DNA of 64,000 bases from the human T2T-CHM13v2.0 reference genome, Homo sapiens: the NCBI RefSeq assembly GCF_009914755.1, contig NC_060937.1. The stretch is one strand, 5' to 3'. The notes beneath the pieces were generated by a model. The model was not told the origin of the DNA. It ran no database searches and saw only the letters and a list, made by a program, of their open reading frames with translations. The translations under genes were made by a program, and so were the position numbers. Each line of letters opens with the position of its first letter. The stretch's first letter is position 1. Below, one piece after another: positions 34,361 to 51,800 of the stretch.

Positions 34361-35444
34361 ATACTTAGTCTCTATGTTCCTCATTTCTAAAATGGTAACA
34401 GTAACGGTATATGTGTAAAAGGCTGTCATAAGAAGACTTCATCTATATAAAGCATATAGAGCTCAGTAAGTGCCTTATTCAGTGTTAGTTGATATTAATA
34501 TATCATCATTAATGTTATTAAATTTTATCTTCTACTTAGCCTAATGTTCCCTTATGCAATGATCTTTTTCCATCCTAATTCAGTCAACGAATTAGTTATC
34601 CTCTCTTTTCTTGCCACTCGTAAGTTCAAAAACTTGCCATGTGATTATCATAGAAGCCAACATCATCCAAGCTAAACAGCCTACAATCAAATCTACAATG
34701 TCACTAATGTCAATTCACTCACTAATAATCTTTGGGTATTCCTTTGCAGTACAAAGCATATGCAATTAGATAAAGCCTCACAATGTTACTGGAGAAAAAT
34801 GTAGTAAAAATATTTACATACACATTTCATTTTTCAGGAAGAGAAATGGAGTCTCAAAGGCTAAATGATATCTGTATGTGACACCAGCATTTTAATGCTT
34901 TTATTTTTCAACTAATAAGCAAGTTAACTTGCCCTATATGTTTTAGAGGAAATTCAAGGACAAACATATATAAATATAATCTATGCTCTGAAGAACAGTA
35001 CTGATCAAACATAATGAATTAGTATTTTTTGCCCAGAGATCATGCTCATGCTCAGTAGCATAAAGTATACTGACTTCCGTTAGAATTGCTGCTTTATAGG
35101 TAAAGGGAAAATCCACATATTTGGGCAAATTTGAATGCACAGCATTAATACATTCAAAACAATCTTAAGAAATTTCTAAGATTACCTCATACTAATGAAA
35201 ATTATCCAGCAAATACAGTCCTTCTCCTATAGCCTCCCTGCCCCATGTGCCCACCCAAGACTCAGAAAAGATGTTCTGAAATGACGTTTTAAACAAGATG
35301 CTCCTATTAAAAACAAAAACAAAAGCATCATTCTGCATTGTTATACATTTGATATTAAACTTTCCACAAGCAAGGCTGTGAATAATCAACTTCAGCATCA
35401 TTGTCTATACACTTATAAATACGTTATTTTCCTGTTTAGCTTAC

Positions 35445-35638
35445 CAGAATCACTGTTTATCAAAACACCAAGAGGATCTGCATTTGCCTCCGGTGGACCT
35501 TCTAGCTTCAAATCACACAAGTGACTGCCTGATCCAGTGACTGCTCTCTGTCTAGAATTGTCGTTTTTCCATTTGTGATTCTTGCCAGGACTTCTGATCT
35601 TTGCCATTTGTGAATGTCTGGACATCCCCTTCATCTTG
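35445..35638 (-). CDS. NUFIP1: NUFIP1 exon 7 (194 nt): KMKGMSRHSQMAKIRSPGKNHKWKNDNSRQRAVTGSGSHLCDLKLEGPPEANADPLGVLINSDS
   Basis: Acceptor TTCTTACTCCAG, donor CTG|GTAAGC; lies within ORF 35413..35658; phase 2 to phase 1. Confidence 0.96.
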
Positions 35639-35945
35639 CTGGAGTAAGAAAATTGCAATTTTTAATATAAAAGGCACTGACCTTCCAAGAAAATTTTGAA
35701 AAAGACTACTAGATACAAAAGAAACCTAGCTGTAAAACTGATCACTTGTAGCCTAGTACATTAAAGAGACGAAAATAAAAGAAATTCCAGTGACTTTCAA
35801 AGACAGGGAAGCCTATGATAGAACTTTAGAAGGACAGCACCCCACAATATACCACACCTTCTTGATTCTACGCTGCAAATTTCTACCCATATTGTTATCC
35901 CTCTGAAATTGGGCTGTGTCGTATTATCATTAAAGGCCAATTTAA

Positions 35946-37148
<1,203 letters not shown>

Positions 37149-38550
37149 TTATGTGAGCATCTTCTAATTTAAACTGTGTGTGTGTGTGCGGGGGCGGGGA
37201 AGACAGTTAAAAAAAGGTTCCTTCATAGTAGACAATAACACAAGGTATTCATTGGTGGGACTGAGTTTTTGCAAAGATAGGCTTTTGACAGTTTGCCATT
37301 TATTGGGCAAAATTCATTTTTCATTAATAATGGAGGATGCAGTAAATAATTAGAAATCTGCATCTAAATCTCAACTTTGTCAGTTATGGGCTGTGTCTGC
37401 TGTACAAATATTTGTAAGCCTAAGCCTGTTTACTCCTTTAAACAGAATGGGAATTATAGGGACATAGAATTCAGATAATATAAATACAGTACTTCACAGA
37501 GCAAGATAACACATTAAGCCCTTAATAAATGGTAGTTTACTATCATAACATTTTTGAAATAATTTGTTAAATCAACATGTTTATATATCTGCAATCCAGA
37601 GATTTTTAATCCCTTTAGGGTCATAATAACCCTTGGAGAATCTCATTACAAAAATTAATATATATGTATAGTCCAAATTTTGCAGAAAGCCATGGACCAA
37701 TCTCCTATGTCCATCCACAGATGTCAGGCTAAGAACCTAACAGTGTCACTGCAAAGAAAACAGGTCTAGTTTCTGCCTCCAGCCCACTGGCCCCATAAGG
37801 ATAATGAAGAGATGCCACTTTCTTTGAGCTCCCATTCACGGATGCCTTCCCCGTTATCTTTTCTCTTACAGCATCTGACCACAGCTAGCTTCTGAATGAT
37901 CATCATTAAGGTATTCACTAATAAGTAATGAGTTAAGAAGATCCTTCACTAATGACATCTATAAGACTTAATTGAGAAAGTAGTGTATCTGTTATTTGCA
38001 CTCTATTTCACCTTCAAGGGAGTAGTTCTGTTATACCACGACTTGACAATCATTTGAAAAGAAAAGTTTATGTAATCAACCATCTAAAAATAGTTACAAA
38101 AGGCATAATGTAAATAAAAATGTAGATGAATATAAAATGGAGAGATTAATAAAAAAAAGATTCCATCCAAAAGAAGGCAAGAAAGGAAGAACAAATTAAA
38201 AACCCAACTATATTAGGAATTACATTAAACGTAAATGAACTAAGCACTAGTTAAAAGGCAAAGATTTTCAGTTTGGATTACTAAGAAGACAAAATTACAT
38301 AATATATAAGAGATACACTTTAAATATAGAGACACAAAAAGTTTAAAAGGAATAGGTTGTTGAAAACACGATCCTTTCTCCACTGCATTATATTGCCAGA
38401 TTTATCATAAGTTAGGTGATTGTTTCTCAGTGGATCTGTTTGTGGGCTCTATTCTGCTCTACTTATCTATTTATCCTTGGACAACACCACACTATCTTCA
38501 TTACTCGAGCTTTCTTAGTTGCTGTTCTAGATCCTTTGTATTTTCATATG

Positions 38551-39107
38551 CAATCATGCACCACATAATGACATTTTGATCAACAATGGACCACATATAT
38601 GACAGTAGTCCTATAAGATTATAGCAGAGCTAAATAATTCCCAGTAATGTCATAACATCATAAAGTAAAAAATTACTTTTATAAAACAATTTAGTGTAGC
38701 CTATGTGTACAATGTTTGTAATGTCTACAGTAATGTATAGCAGCCTCCTGGGCCTTCACATTCACTCACCACTCACTCGCTGACTCACCCAAGGCAACTT
38801 CCAGTTCTGCACGTTCTATTCATGGTAAGTGTCCCATTCAGGTATACCATTTTTTGCCTTTAATGGTGCATTTTAATGAAACTTTTCTATATTTAGATAC
38901 ACAAATACTTAGCATTGTGTTACAACTGGATACAGTAACACACGGTACAGGGCTGTAGCCTAAGAGCAACAGGCTTTACTGCACAGCCTAGGTGTGTAGT
39001 AGGCTGTATTATCTAAGTTTGTTTAAGTATACTCTATGATATTCATAACGACAAAATTTCCTAACCCGTTTCTCAGAATGTATCCCTGTCATTAAGTGAC
39101 ACATTGT
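38551..39107 (+). mobile_element. Tigger3 (Golem)-derived MITE
   Basis: CAATCATGCACCACATAATGACATTTTGATCAACAATGGACCACATATATGAC...CATTAAGTGACACAT termini. Confidence 0.75.
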
Positions 39108-41068
39108 AATTTTAAAGCTTATCAATCTCCCCCATCCCTCCTCCACCAAAAAAAACAAAACAAAAAAAAAACTTGCTGGAATTTTGACTGTAATTAATTG
39201 GATTTGGGGGAGAATTAAGATAATTATATTGTTTTCCAGTCCATGACTATTATATATTGCTCCATTTATACAGGCCTTGAATTTTTCTGAGCAATGTTTT
39301 GTAGTTCTGAGTGTAGAATCTTGCACATCTTTTGTTAGGTTTATTCCTAGGCATTTGATGCTATTCTAAGTGGTATCTTTTAAATTTTCAATTTTTAATT
39401 GTTGCTACTTTATAGAAATAGAGTTGATTTTAAAAATATTGATCTTACATGTATTTGGCAACCTTGCTAAATTCATTTATAAAAGTGGTAACACTGGACA
39501 TCCTTATCTTGCTTCTAATCTTAGGGGAGGTGGGGGAGTGATCACTATTGCACCATTAAGTACGATGTGGCTACAGAGTATTGATAGATATCCTTTATTA
39601 GATTAAAGAAATTATTTTCTATTACTAGTTTGCTAATATGTCTTTTTTATGAACAGGTGGTACATTTTATCGAACTGTTTTCCTTACTCATTAAGTTAAT
39701 AGCATTTTCCTCCTTCACTTTGTTAATGTGATAAATAAACATGCTCCTGGAATAAATCCCATTTAGTCATGATGTTATATCATATTTTTACATATTTTTA
39801 CATATTGCCAGATTTGATTTGCTAACATTTTGTATAGGATTTTTGTCTCTCTGCTCAAGAGTTGTGTTTCAAAATTTTCACTTTACATATTTTAAAGCTA
39901 TGTTCTAGACACATACAGATTTAGAATTGGTATGTCTTCTTGTTGTTGCACTGACTCTTTTAACATTACAAAATATTCCTATTTATCCCTAATAACACAT
40001 CTTGCTTTAACATCTATTTGGTCTGACATTAATATTGTTATACCAGGTTACTTTTGGTTGGGGTTTGCATGGTATAACAATTAGTGCTGGATCAACTGTA
40101 ATTCATATGTGAAAAAGTTTTAAAGGTCCTTAAACCCTACACTATGTACAATAATTAATTCTAGACATATACCAGAAACACAAAGCAATAAATCTTCTAA
40201 AAGAAAACATAAAGAAATAGTTTTATGATCTCCAAGTAAGCAAAAGTTTTTTTTAAGGCAGAACACACACAGCACTGACCATAAAAATAAAAGATTAATA
40301 AATCAGACTTCATGAAAATTGAAATTTTTATTTATAAAAGACACCATTAAGAACTTCTGTTTCTGGCCAAAATAAAGTAACAGGGACTGAATTTATCCTC
40401 CTACCTGAAATAACCAAAAAACTAGCCAAAATGAATAAACGATGGTCTCTATGACACAGGGCATGAAGCAACAAGAGAAGTGAGCCCTGAAAGACAGAAA
40501 ATAAATGAATAGTGAACCCTGCAACTGCCCTTGCTTACAGCCTTAAAGAGTTTCCAGACTGCGGAGAAGAGGAATCCAGATGGGACCTGGTAGAATCCCT
40601 GAATTGAGGAACTGGAGTTGAGACACCAGAGAGAGCAAGACATCTAGAGCTTCAGGATGTACCTGAGAGGAAAAAACTACAGAAAGAGAGAGAACTCTAG
40701 AGATTTGCAGAGGATTTACCCTGGACTATTTAGCAGAAGACTGATTGGCATGTATTTGTCAGGAAACTATCCAAGGTTGGGGGAAAAAAACGACCCAAAA
40801 GGATCAGAGTTATCAGCACCTCATCTTCACTCCGAGTCATAACTAGGGCCTGTTTGTACCTCATATTTCACAGGGCATGGGGTAAGATACCCAGTAAGAT
40901 ATTACATCAGTAGTGAGTAGTTAGTTTCAGACTAAACACTGCTCTGGTTTCATCTAACAAAATCTTAAAAGCAAGATCCAGAAGGATGAAACCGTTTCTA
41001 AGTAACTCAGTTGTCTTCCCAGAAAAAAGTTCAAGAACATTTATAGAAACACAAAAATATACAGCACC

Positions 41069-41431
41069 TGATGTGGTTTGGTTGTGTCCCCACCCAAATC
41101 TCATCTTGAATTGTAACTCCCACAATCCCACATGTCATGGGAGGAACCAGGTGGGAGGTGATTGGGTCTTTCCTGAGCTGTTCCTGTGATACTGAGTGAA
41201 TGAGTCTCATGAGATCTGATGGTTTTAAAAAGGGGAGTTTCCCTGCACAAGCTCTCCTGTCTCTGCCTGCTGCCATCCATAGAAGATGTGACTTGCCCCT
41301 CTTTGCCTTCTTCCACAATTGTGAGGCTTCCCCAGCCACGTGGAACTGTAAGTCCAGTTAAACCTCTTTCTTTTGTAAATTGCCCAGTCTCGGGTATGTC
41401 TTTATCAGCAGCGTGAAAATGGACTAATACA
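41069..41431 (+). mobile_element. THE1 (MaLR) solo LTR
   Basis: TGATGTGGTTTGGTTGTGTCCCCACCCAAATCTCATCTTGAATTG...GGACTAATACA; 5-bp TSD GCACC at 41064-41068 and 41432-41436. Confidence 0.92.
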
Positions 41432-41490
41432 GCACCCAATAATGTAAAATTTCCAGTGTCAAGTATCCAATCAAAAATTACCAGGCATGG

Positions 41491-43667
<2,177 letters not shown>

Positions 43668-44099
43668 TCAGGCCAAAATGTGTCTTGAATACCAAACTAG
43701 AAAGTTTATATTTAATTCAGCAGGTGATAGAGAGCCACAGAAAGTTATGAACAGGGAGAGATATGTACAAAGCAGTGATTAAGATGAAATCTGACAGAAG
43801 TGTGCCAGATGAACTGCTTTCTTTGTTTCTCTGCACAGCTGTGTGGAGATGCAGACACCAAACTTTCAGGAAGAGGGCAATAGATTCTAGGAGTATAAAA
43901 AACATAGAAGGAAGGGAACACAGCTCTCTACTACCCCGTCTGGCTGCTGATCAGAGTAAGTTTGGAGAAACATCAACAAATGTGTTCTGCCATTGCTTCT
44001 AGGACACTTCTCTACCTTCTGCCTTTTTTTTTAACATTTGCAACACTGACTTGAATAGCACAGACAATATATAAAGCCTATGGGTGGGCCATACTGAAA

Positions 44100-44990
44100 G
44101 ACAGGAATGGAAATGACATTGGGTAAGTGGTTAAGTAATCAGAAAAAAAATGTAATGAATTTCAATGAGGACAGTGTGAAGCAATATATATCCAGTCAAG
44201 AAAAATAGACTCCATAAAAAAAGATGATTAATGTACAAACTATAAATAAACATAAAAGGAAAAGATCAAGGTCATAGGAGATAAAAATCTGACAGTCAGC
44301 AATACATGACTACATTTTTCGAAAGCAAACATAATCTAAGGTTATAAGAAGTAGACTCTGGCACTTGTACGAGTGTGAAATCTTCCTCCAGGATACTCAA
44401 AAGCAGTCAGATAATCTCAGGGCACTGTGTCCAGTTCTGTACTTCTAAACTAAAGGAACACTGAGAAGAAAAAAAAAAAAAAAGACTTGGAAGGGATTCA
44501 GAAGAGACTCAAAGATGATTAATAGGATGAAAAATAAAACCTCCAAAGAAAGATGAAAGGAACTATTTGCAACCTTTAAAAGAAGATGAGAAGCGACAAT
44601 AAAAATAGTTTTACAGAGAGGATGGTCCAGTTGTTCTCAAACTGAAGAGAATATGCAGAAGTAGAAATGAGAAAAACAGTAATGATTTTTACAGGCCTCA
44701 CAGTGGCGAGACATGTAACTCACAGCTACTCAACACCCTCCACAATTCTCAAATTTACTTATTACTTAAGTTTCTTCAACATTTTTGCAGAGTATTGCAG
44801 ACTCTTACCATGTTGGGCTATATGTTACATGATAAAATTTGGCACTACAGTGTACTACGTACCAGAGAGCAGATGCTAGGTAACTGCTTTTCATTGGTAA
44901 AGAATTTAAACTTGTTATAGCAAGTGGATTTTAGGTAAGATATAAGAAAGAGTTCCCTAAGTGAAACATCAAAGATGTGATGTGTAGAAA
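44100..44990 (+). mobile_element. CR1/L3 LINE relic
   Basis: GGCACTGTGTCCAGTTCTG...GGGATTCAGAAGAGA resembles the L3 RT region; very degraded. Confidence 0.45.
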
Positions 44991-45044
44991 CTCCTTTGAT
45001 GGAAGCCTTTTAAAACAGCTAATTTTCTCTTTCAGGCAGACTGC

Positions 45045-45157
45045 AGTATCATGTTCCTAAAGGTAAAGAAACTTAACTTCCTAAAATTAAATATCATGTT
45101 CCTAAAGGTAAGGAAACTTGTCTTCCTAAAATTAAGTATCATGTTCCTAAAAGTAAG
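45045..45157 (+). repeat. 45-bp tandem repeat, ~2.5 copies
   Basis: TATCATGTTCCTAAA recurs at 45047, 45092 and 45137. Confidence 0.9.
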
Positions 45158-46711
45158 ATTAGAGTTTTAAAAAGTTGTAAGATTTTATTTTTCTTGGTGC
45201 TGAAATCAATAAAATCCTCTTCCAAAATTTATTACATTCTTATTTACACAGAATCCAGATATTTAAAACTAGAGAGAAAAATGGTTGCTAAAAAGCACAT
45301 TATCGCAAAAAAGAAAAATCAGAAACACAAGACCTAATTACACACATAAACAACAGTAGGAAGCCCCACTCCACCAACATGAAGCTGAGATAAATGAATA
45401 ACGAAAAAAAAGGAGTTCTGATGAAGGAGTTCAGGTTCCTAAAGTACAAGAAATAACAAATCCAAAGACTATTGAAAAAACATAAATTATGTCTTACATT
45501 GCAGTTACATACATGTAAAGCTTAGTCCAATATCTCCTGTTAGAGAATGGATAATATGAAGTTATAAAGACCGTGACAAGGGAAATTTTCACAGTTGGTT
45601 TTTCTATATTTTTATCTACTAAAATCATTTTCTCCCTGTACTTCTATCTTTCCTCAGTTCACTAAGAGGAAATGGTCCTGAAACTATGCTCTTTTCCTTC
45701 CTCTCTTCTTTCATTTTTTACCTCTTCTTCACCTTCCTCATTGCCTATACCTTATGCCTCCAGTGACAATCTTTAAGCACTACAGAGCCAACACATGGGC
45801 AAACCGTCCTAACCATTATCTTAGCACAGACCATTCTGGTCACATTATTCTCTCCAATTTTTTCCTTATGCTCAAATCACGACCCATTTATTGGCTTTTC
45901 CCCTCTGCCTGTTCTATAAAACATAGTTACTCTTCCCACTCTCATTAAACCACAACTGCTTCCACACAAGCTACACTATTGTACTTTTCTTTCTGAACAT
46001 CAAAAAGATACAGCATTCTTTAGAGCAGATCTCCTGTGTTGGAATTCTGCATGAACCAGGGAAACAAAAGGATTTCCTCAGAGCCACAGTAAGCGTTGAA
46101 ATAAATTGTAAAACTACTCCACCTAGTGGACTCCCAGTCTGCTGTGAAAAATGTTCCACTGTTTCTATAATAAAAGCAAGGTTTTGGAAACAAACCTCTA
46201 CCACTCATTTTCCCTAAAGCCAAATCATACAGCATTGGTACTACATAGGATAGGAATTAAGAAAGAATAACTTTTTTTGGTGGCTTTTTTGGGGAGGTAG
46301 GGGAAAGGCTATTAATGGAAAGCCTTAAAAGTTATTAAATTAAATACACTCGGTACCCCTGAGTCTGACTAACCTGAAAAATACAGAGATGTAGAAGTAA
46401 GGACAAAGATGTACTTTTGTCAAAGATAAGGAAGCCATATGCCAAGCAAACCTTCAGTTTTCTTTAAGCTTTAAAATTCTTACTCTGTGAAATCTTTCAC
46501 AAGCTTTTCCTAACAGAGCAACTACATAAAGACCTTATTTTTCCTGCATGTCAAAGAATATAGTGGCTTCATCGGAAAGAATGTAGCTCTCACACAAAGA
46601 TCAAATTCATGAAATAAGGACTATTCTGCCACACCAATGTGGAACTTACTCTTTTTAGGAGTTCAAGTAATATTTTTTAAAAATTGAGAATGACAGGAAT
46701 GTAGAAAGTAA

Positions 46712-47037
<326 letters not shown>

Positions 47038-48149
47038 ATAATAGGTTTTTAAAAAATTGCTAGTGGGGATAGTATTTATGCATTTTTGAGAAATCTATCA
47101 AACATACCAAAAGAAAAGCAGTATTTCCCATATCCTCTAATAAAATATACATACAGAAAAAATATATATGAACTCTTCAGAATATATTAAAGAGCAAGAA
47201 CCTGAGAAACAAACTATGGAAGAACCTCAGATGAACTCACCCAGTGCCCAAAGAATTTTCAGAGCACTTACTAAACAAAGCAACATCACAGGTATAAATA
47301 AACTTCATCCAAAATTGCCATCTTCACCCCATTTCCTCATTCTCTTTAAACACCTCTAAATTTCACAAACCTATAACCTCACTTATTCCCTCAACAGATT
47401 TTGCCCATTCCTCTTCCAAGGCACTTCTGCCTGCTGTCATAGCATACCTCTGGAAACCAGAGCTAGACTCTATCCCCTCAGCCCCCACCTGTCCTACATA
47501 AAAAGAGCCACCAGCAAGCCTATTAAATGCTTGCTCAAACCAATCCTTTATTCAGAAGGACAGAGCCGCTTCCAAAATTCACTTATAGTTTTGAAATTCC
47601 ACTGTGCCACCAAGAACTAAAGCAAACACTGACTATTCTCCCCCATTCCTTAACAATTTTGTTTCAGGCATCCCATCAACTCCACTGCCACTGAAGGTGG
47701 TCAAGCAGCCCACTTCTAGCCAATGAGATCTATATAAATTATCTCCTGGTTGGAAATAAAAACAAAGCTACTGTTTTCCCAGTGAAAAGGGGGGAAACTA
47801 GGCTACGTGTACCTTTTGTCTTTTTCTCTTCTTTCTGCCTATTCTGTGGCTTAATATTTGCATATGCAAGAACATTCTGGTGACAGGCAAGAGGAGAGCC
47901 GCCTACTCCGGTGCAACAAGAGACAGCCTACGTCCATGGTACTGTCATGCAGCAACAGCAGCCCTGGATTTATTTTTTTTTAACCTTGGGAAAATGACAC
48001 CTCTTTGCACTAAGCCATGGTAGTAAGGTTGCCATTCCATTTCCTAGAGCATGACTAGCTAATGCAAGCACCACTGCACCCTACCATCTCCTTTTATCTG
48101 AATACTTTCCATGCTCAAATAGGCTTATCTTGATTTAAAACTATCCTCC

Positions 48150-48710
48150 TACACAGTTTGGCAGTTTCTCATAAAGTTAAACATATGCTTACCACATGAC
48201 CAACCAATCTCACTCCTGGATATTTATCCAAGTCAAATAAAACCCTATATTCAAAACAAAAACCTATACGTGAATGTTTATGAAGACTTTATATAAAGGC
48301 TAAATACTGGAAACAACACTCAACTGAGAACGGATAAACAAACTGATATACATCCATACTATGGAAAAGAGTAATACTCGGCAATAAAAAACAAACAACT
48401 GCTACATGCAACAACATGGATAACTTTCAAATGCAGACTAAAAATAAGTGAGTCAGACTAAAAAGGCCACATACTGTATGATTCCATTTATATGATGTTG
48501 CTGCAAAAGTATGAATATAAGAACAAAAAATAAATCAGTGGTTGCCAGTGGGTGGAGGGGAGGCTGCCATCAGGGCATAAGGCAATTTTTCCAGGTGAAG
48601 AAACACTGTTCTATATCTTGATTCTGGTGGTATTTATATGACAGTATATATTTGTCAGAACTATCCACTAAAAAGGGTGAATTTCACTATATGTACAATA
48701 TACATTAAGA
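48150..48710 (+). mobile_element. L1ME/MD 3' end
   Basis: CAGTTTGGCAGTTTCTCATAAAGTTAAACATA...CATACTGTATGATTCCATTTATATGA. Confidence 0.75.
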
Positions 48711-50949
48711 TAAACTGGGGGAGGGAGGCCTCTTATAGGAAGTCTTGAAAAACAAATAGACGGCCCTCCCCTCCAAAAACTCAAATATCCCTTGACCAGT
48801 CAGGATTATCCCTACATAGCTAAAATTAATGCTTCAGTTACTTGTAGTCTTATGGCCACCTCATGTGTATTTATTCATTTCACACTACAGTGAGAACCTT
48901 AAAGGCAAGAAGTTACTAGTGTTTGTTTTGGTGAACTCAGCCACATATAGCAAAATCTTTGTCCTTTCAAATACTGAATGTTTACCTCTAATTTTCAAAC
49001 TAAACTATTGTCAAGAAGTTATGCAAAGATAAGCAAAATGTCTGTTAACATATATTCAAAGGTTGCTGAGATTTCTTGCTAACATTAGAAAATCAAACTA
49101 GTCTTCTATCAGGAACTTTAAATAAATACATGCTGCCTATGCTAGTTTTCATCTTCAAATATTAATGTTTCCAAAGTTTCTGTAGCCAGTGGAAATTTTT
49201 TCCTTTAATCATTTATTCACGAAACCACAAGGGGGCATAGTTCACATTCGTGTAGGGAAAAGCCATTAATACTTTAAAATACGGATGAATTTGGTTTGTC
49301 CCAGTGATGGTCTACCCTACCCTATGTAGTGAGAATTTAATGTTCAAAACCACAGCAGTTTAAGTACTATTAGTTACACTATAATTTCCAAGCATAATTA
49401 TTAATCATATCAAAATATTTCTGCCCAATTTCTCTAAAAACAACAAAGATACAGCTCAAACATGATTTATAAATACAAGTCTCAGTAAGACTTCTCCAAC
49501 CACTTACTTGTGTGTACCAAAACAGAATTATACCCATAAGAAAAATATCTTCAAGCACCATTTACACACACTAACATTTATAAGCATTCCCTATAACTAT
49601 GGCACTATGGGATAGAAGCAGCCAGGTAAAAGTTGGTTCTTACATTTCAGAGCTCACACTTAATTCAAGAATAAAAGACACATATGCAAAGAAGTTCACC
49701 AACAGGGTCATAATAAAGGATATCTGTGCTAAAGAGGCAGAAAGGAGATACCATATTCAAAGAAGGGCAAGACATTTCTCTAGGCAGATGAGAAAAAATA
49801 TACCCAAAAGTGGATGGATTTCAGATGAGCTAAGAGCAATGAGCAGAACTTTAAAGATGGAGTAGGTAAGATCTTCTAGAAGCAGCAGCACGAACAAAAC
49901 TAAAAGGGCGAAAGTTCACAAACCCTGTATGAGATATGATAAATAACAAGTTTGACTGAGACAAAAAGCCCCTATAAGCAAATAATATGGAAATAATCAG
50001 AAAAGACAAGTTAAGCCCACATTATAGGATTCTGGTTTCCAGTTCTATGGAGTTTTATTCTCATAGGCATTTCAGCTGATTAAAAATAAAATCAGTTTAA
50101 CAAACTTTTAAATTTTACACTACACAGTCATCTACATAACTAAGAAACATATGCATATTGAACATCTAATTTTGCACCACAAAACAACAAATACAAAGAA
50201 AATACCCTAAACTTCTCTTTGGTCAAGTCAACTCCTTAAGTCAGATAGCACTGCCCAAGTGTTCACTTGCAGACTACATTTCAATTGTGTGGTTTTCTTG
50301 AACAGGATGTAGCAACTGAGCCAGAGCTGGGATTTTGCCAGATGAGTGCAATGGAGGATAATGGAAGAAGGAAGCTGAGATATCGACAAGAGCAGCCGAA
50401 GTGAAATAGGCTGGGTAGGAAGTGAAGGAAGAAGGAAGATAAAAGAAAAACAAGGTAAAGAGGATGGGAAGCCTCAACTATTCCAAGCCCTGGTAGAGAT
50501 CACAGTGAGCTGGACGGATGGAAAGAGGAGTATGTCCAACTTTAGAATCCAGGATGTGGTCATGAAAGTAAGTGGCTGAAACTGCATGAAGGTGAAGGGC
50601 ACTGGAAATTTGTTTTGTTTTGTTTTTTTGAGACAAGGTTTCGCTCTGTTACCCAAGCTGCAGCGCAGTGGCGTAATCACAGCCCACTGCAACCTCAAAC
50701 TCCTGGGCTCAAGGGATCTTCCTGCCTCGGTCTCCTGAGAGGCTTGGACTACAAGTGCCCACCGCTGCACCTGGCTAACTTTTTATTTTTGTAGATACCA
50801 AGGGTATCACTTGGTTGCTCAGGCTTGGCCGTTAGAAATCTGAAAGTGAAAAGGTACTGAATGAATTCAAAATATACACAATTCCACTGCAGCATCTAAC
50901 ATGCCAAGGGCGAGTGACAAAGGCAATCAATCCCTGGGGAGGGTGTGAG

Positions 50950-51800
50950 ACTTGAAGACAGATGGCACAGAGCTCAAAGGAGAAAGGCCAAGGAGTAATC
51001 ATCTGGAATCCTCATCAAGGAGGCCCTGTGTATGTCTCAACATCAGTCACTTTTAGTTTTTGTTTTATTTGACCTTTCCATCGCAATCTGCACTGCTAAC
51101 CATATCTTCCTTCTCAAAATTTTCCCCTCCACTGGCTTCCAGAGGAAGTTTTCTTCTACCTCTCTGGTTCCCACTCAGCAGGCTTGTTGGATTTTATTCT
51201 CTATTAGACCTTCGGATGTTGGAAGGGCTCAAGGTTCAATATTAGGCTACCTTCTCTTTTCACTCTACCCTGTCTCTGTGGGGAATCTGTTCCATATTCC
51301 CAGTTTCATGACTCAAAAAACTATCTCCAGTCTAGTCTGGTCCAAGTCCCAATGCCTACTCAACATCTTCAAATAGATGCCTCAGGATCTCCTCAGACTC
51401 AACAATGTCCAACCCAATACCTCCAAAGCCCATCCTCTTCCAGTGTTCCCCACCTCAGTAATAAGAACCACCTTTCATAGAGGTGCTAAGCCTAGAAACC
51501 TGGAAGTCTCCTAAAACCTCTCTCCTCTTCAACCTCACAATCATTTAATCCCCAAACACTGCCCATTTTCACCTCCCAAATGTTCTACATCCACCTAGTT
51601 CTCTCCATCCCCACAACTGCCATCTTTGTAAAGCTTCTATTTTCTCTTACCTATACTCACAGTTCCTTGAACATGCTAACCTCTGTCTGACCACTAATCC
51701 CTGCCTCTCCTTATCTTTTCCTAGTTAGTTCTGAATTCAGCTACCCCTGCCTTTGTCATGAAACACCCTAATCTTCCAGACTAGATGAAGTCCCCTTCCT
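50950..51800 (+). mobile_element. L2 fragments
   Basis: L2-like text (CCTACTCAACATCTTC...GATGCCTCAGG...CTCAGACTCAACAATGTCC). Confidence 0.55.

Larger units (their letters stand above)
38080..41480. mobile_element. Mosaic of old L1M fragments in both orientations
   Basis: A-rich L1 text at 38080-38350 and 40075-41480; T-rich antisense L1 ORF2 text at 38350-40075. Confidence 0.6.

Noticed and set aside
39775-39808. Short tandem repeat TACATATTTT about x3
   Set aside because: Slippage repeat inside an L1 relic.
45045-45157. Repeat-spacer-like periodicity resembling a CRISPR array
   Set aside because: The intervening segments are themselves near-identical, so it is a plain tandem duplication in a human intron.
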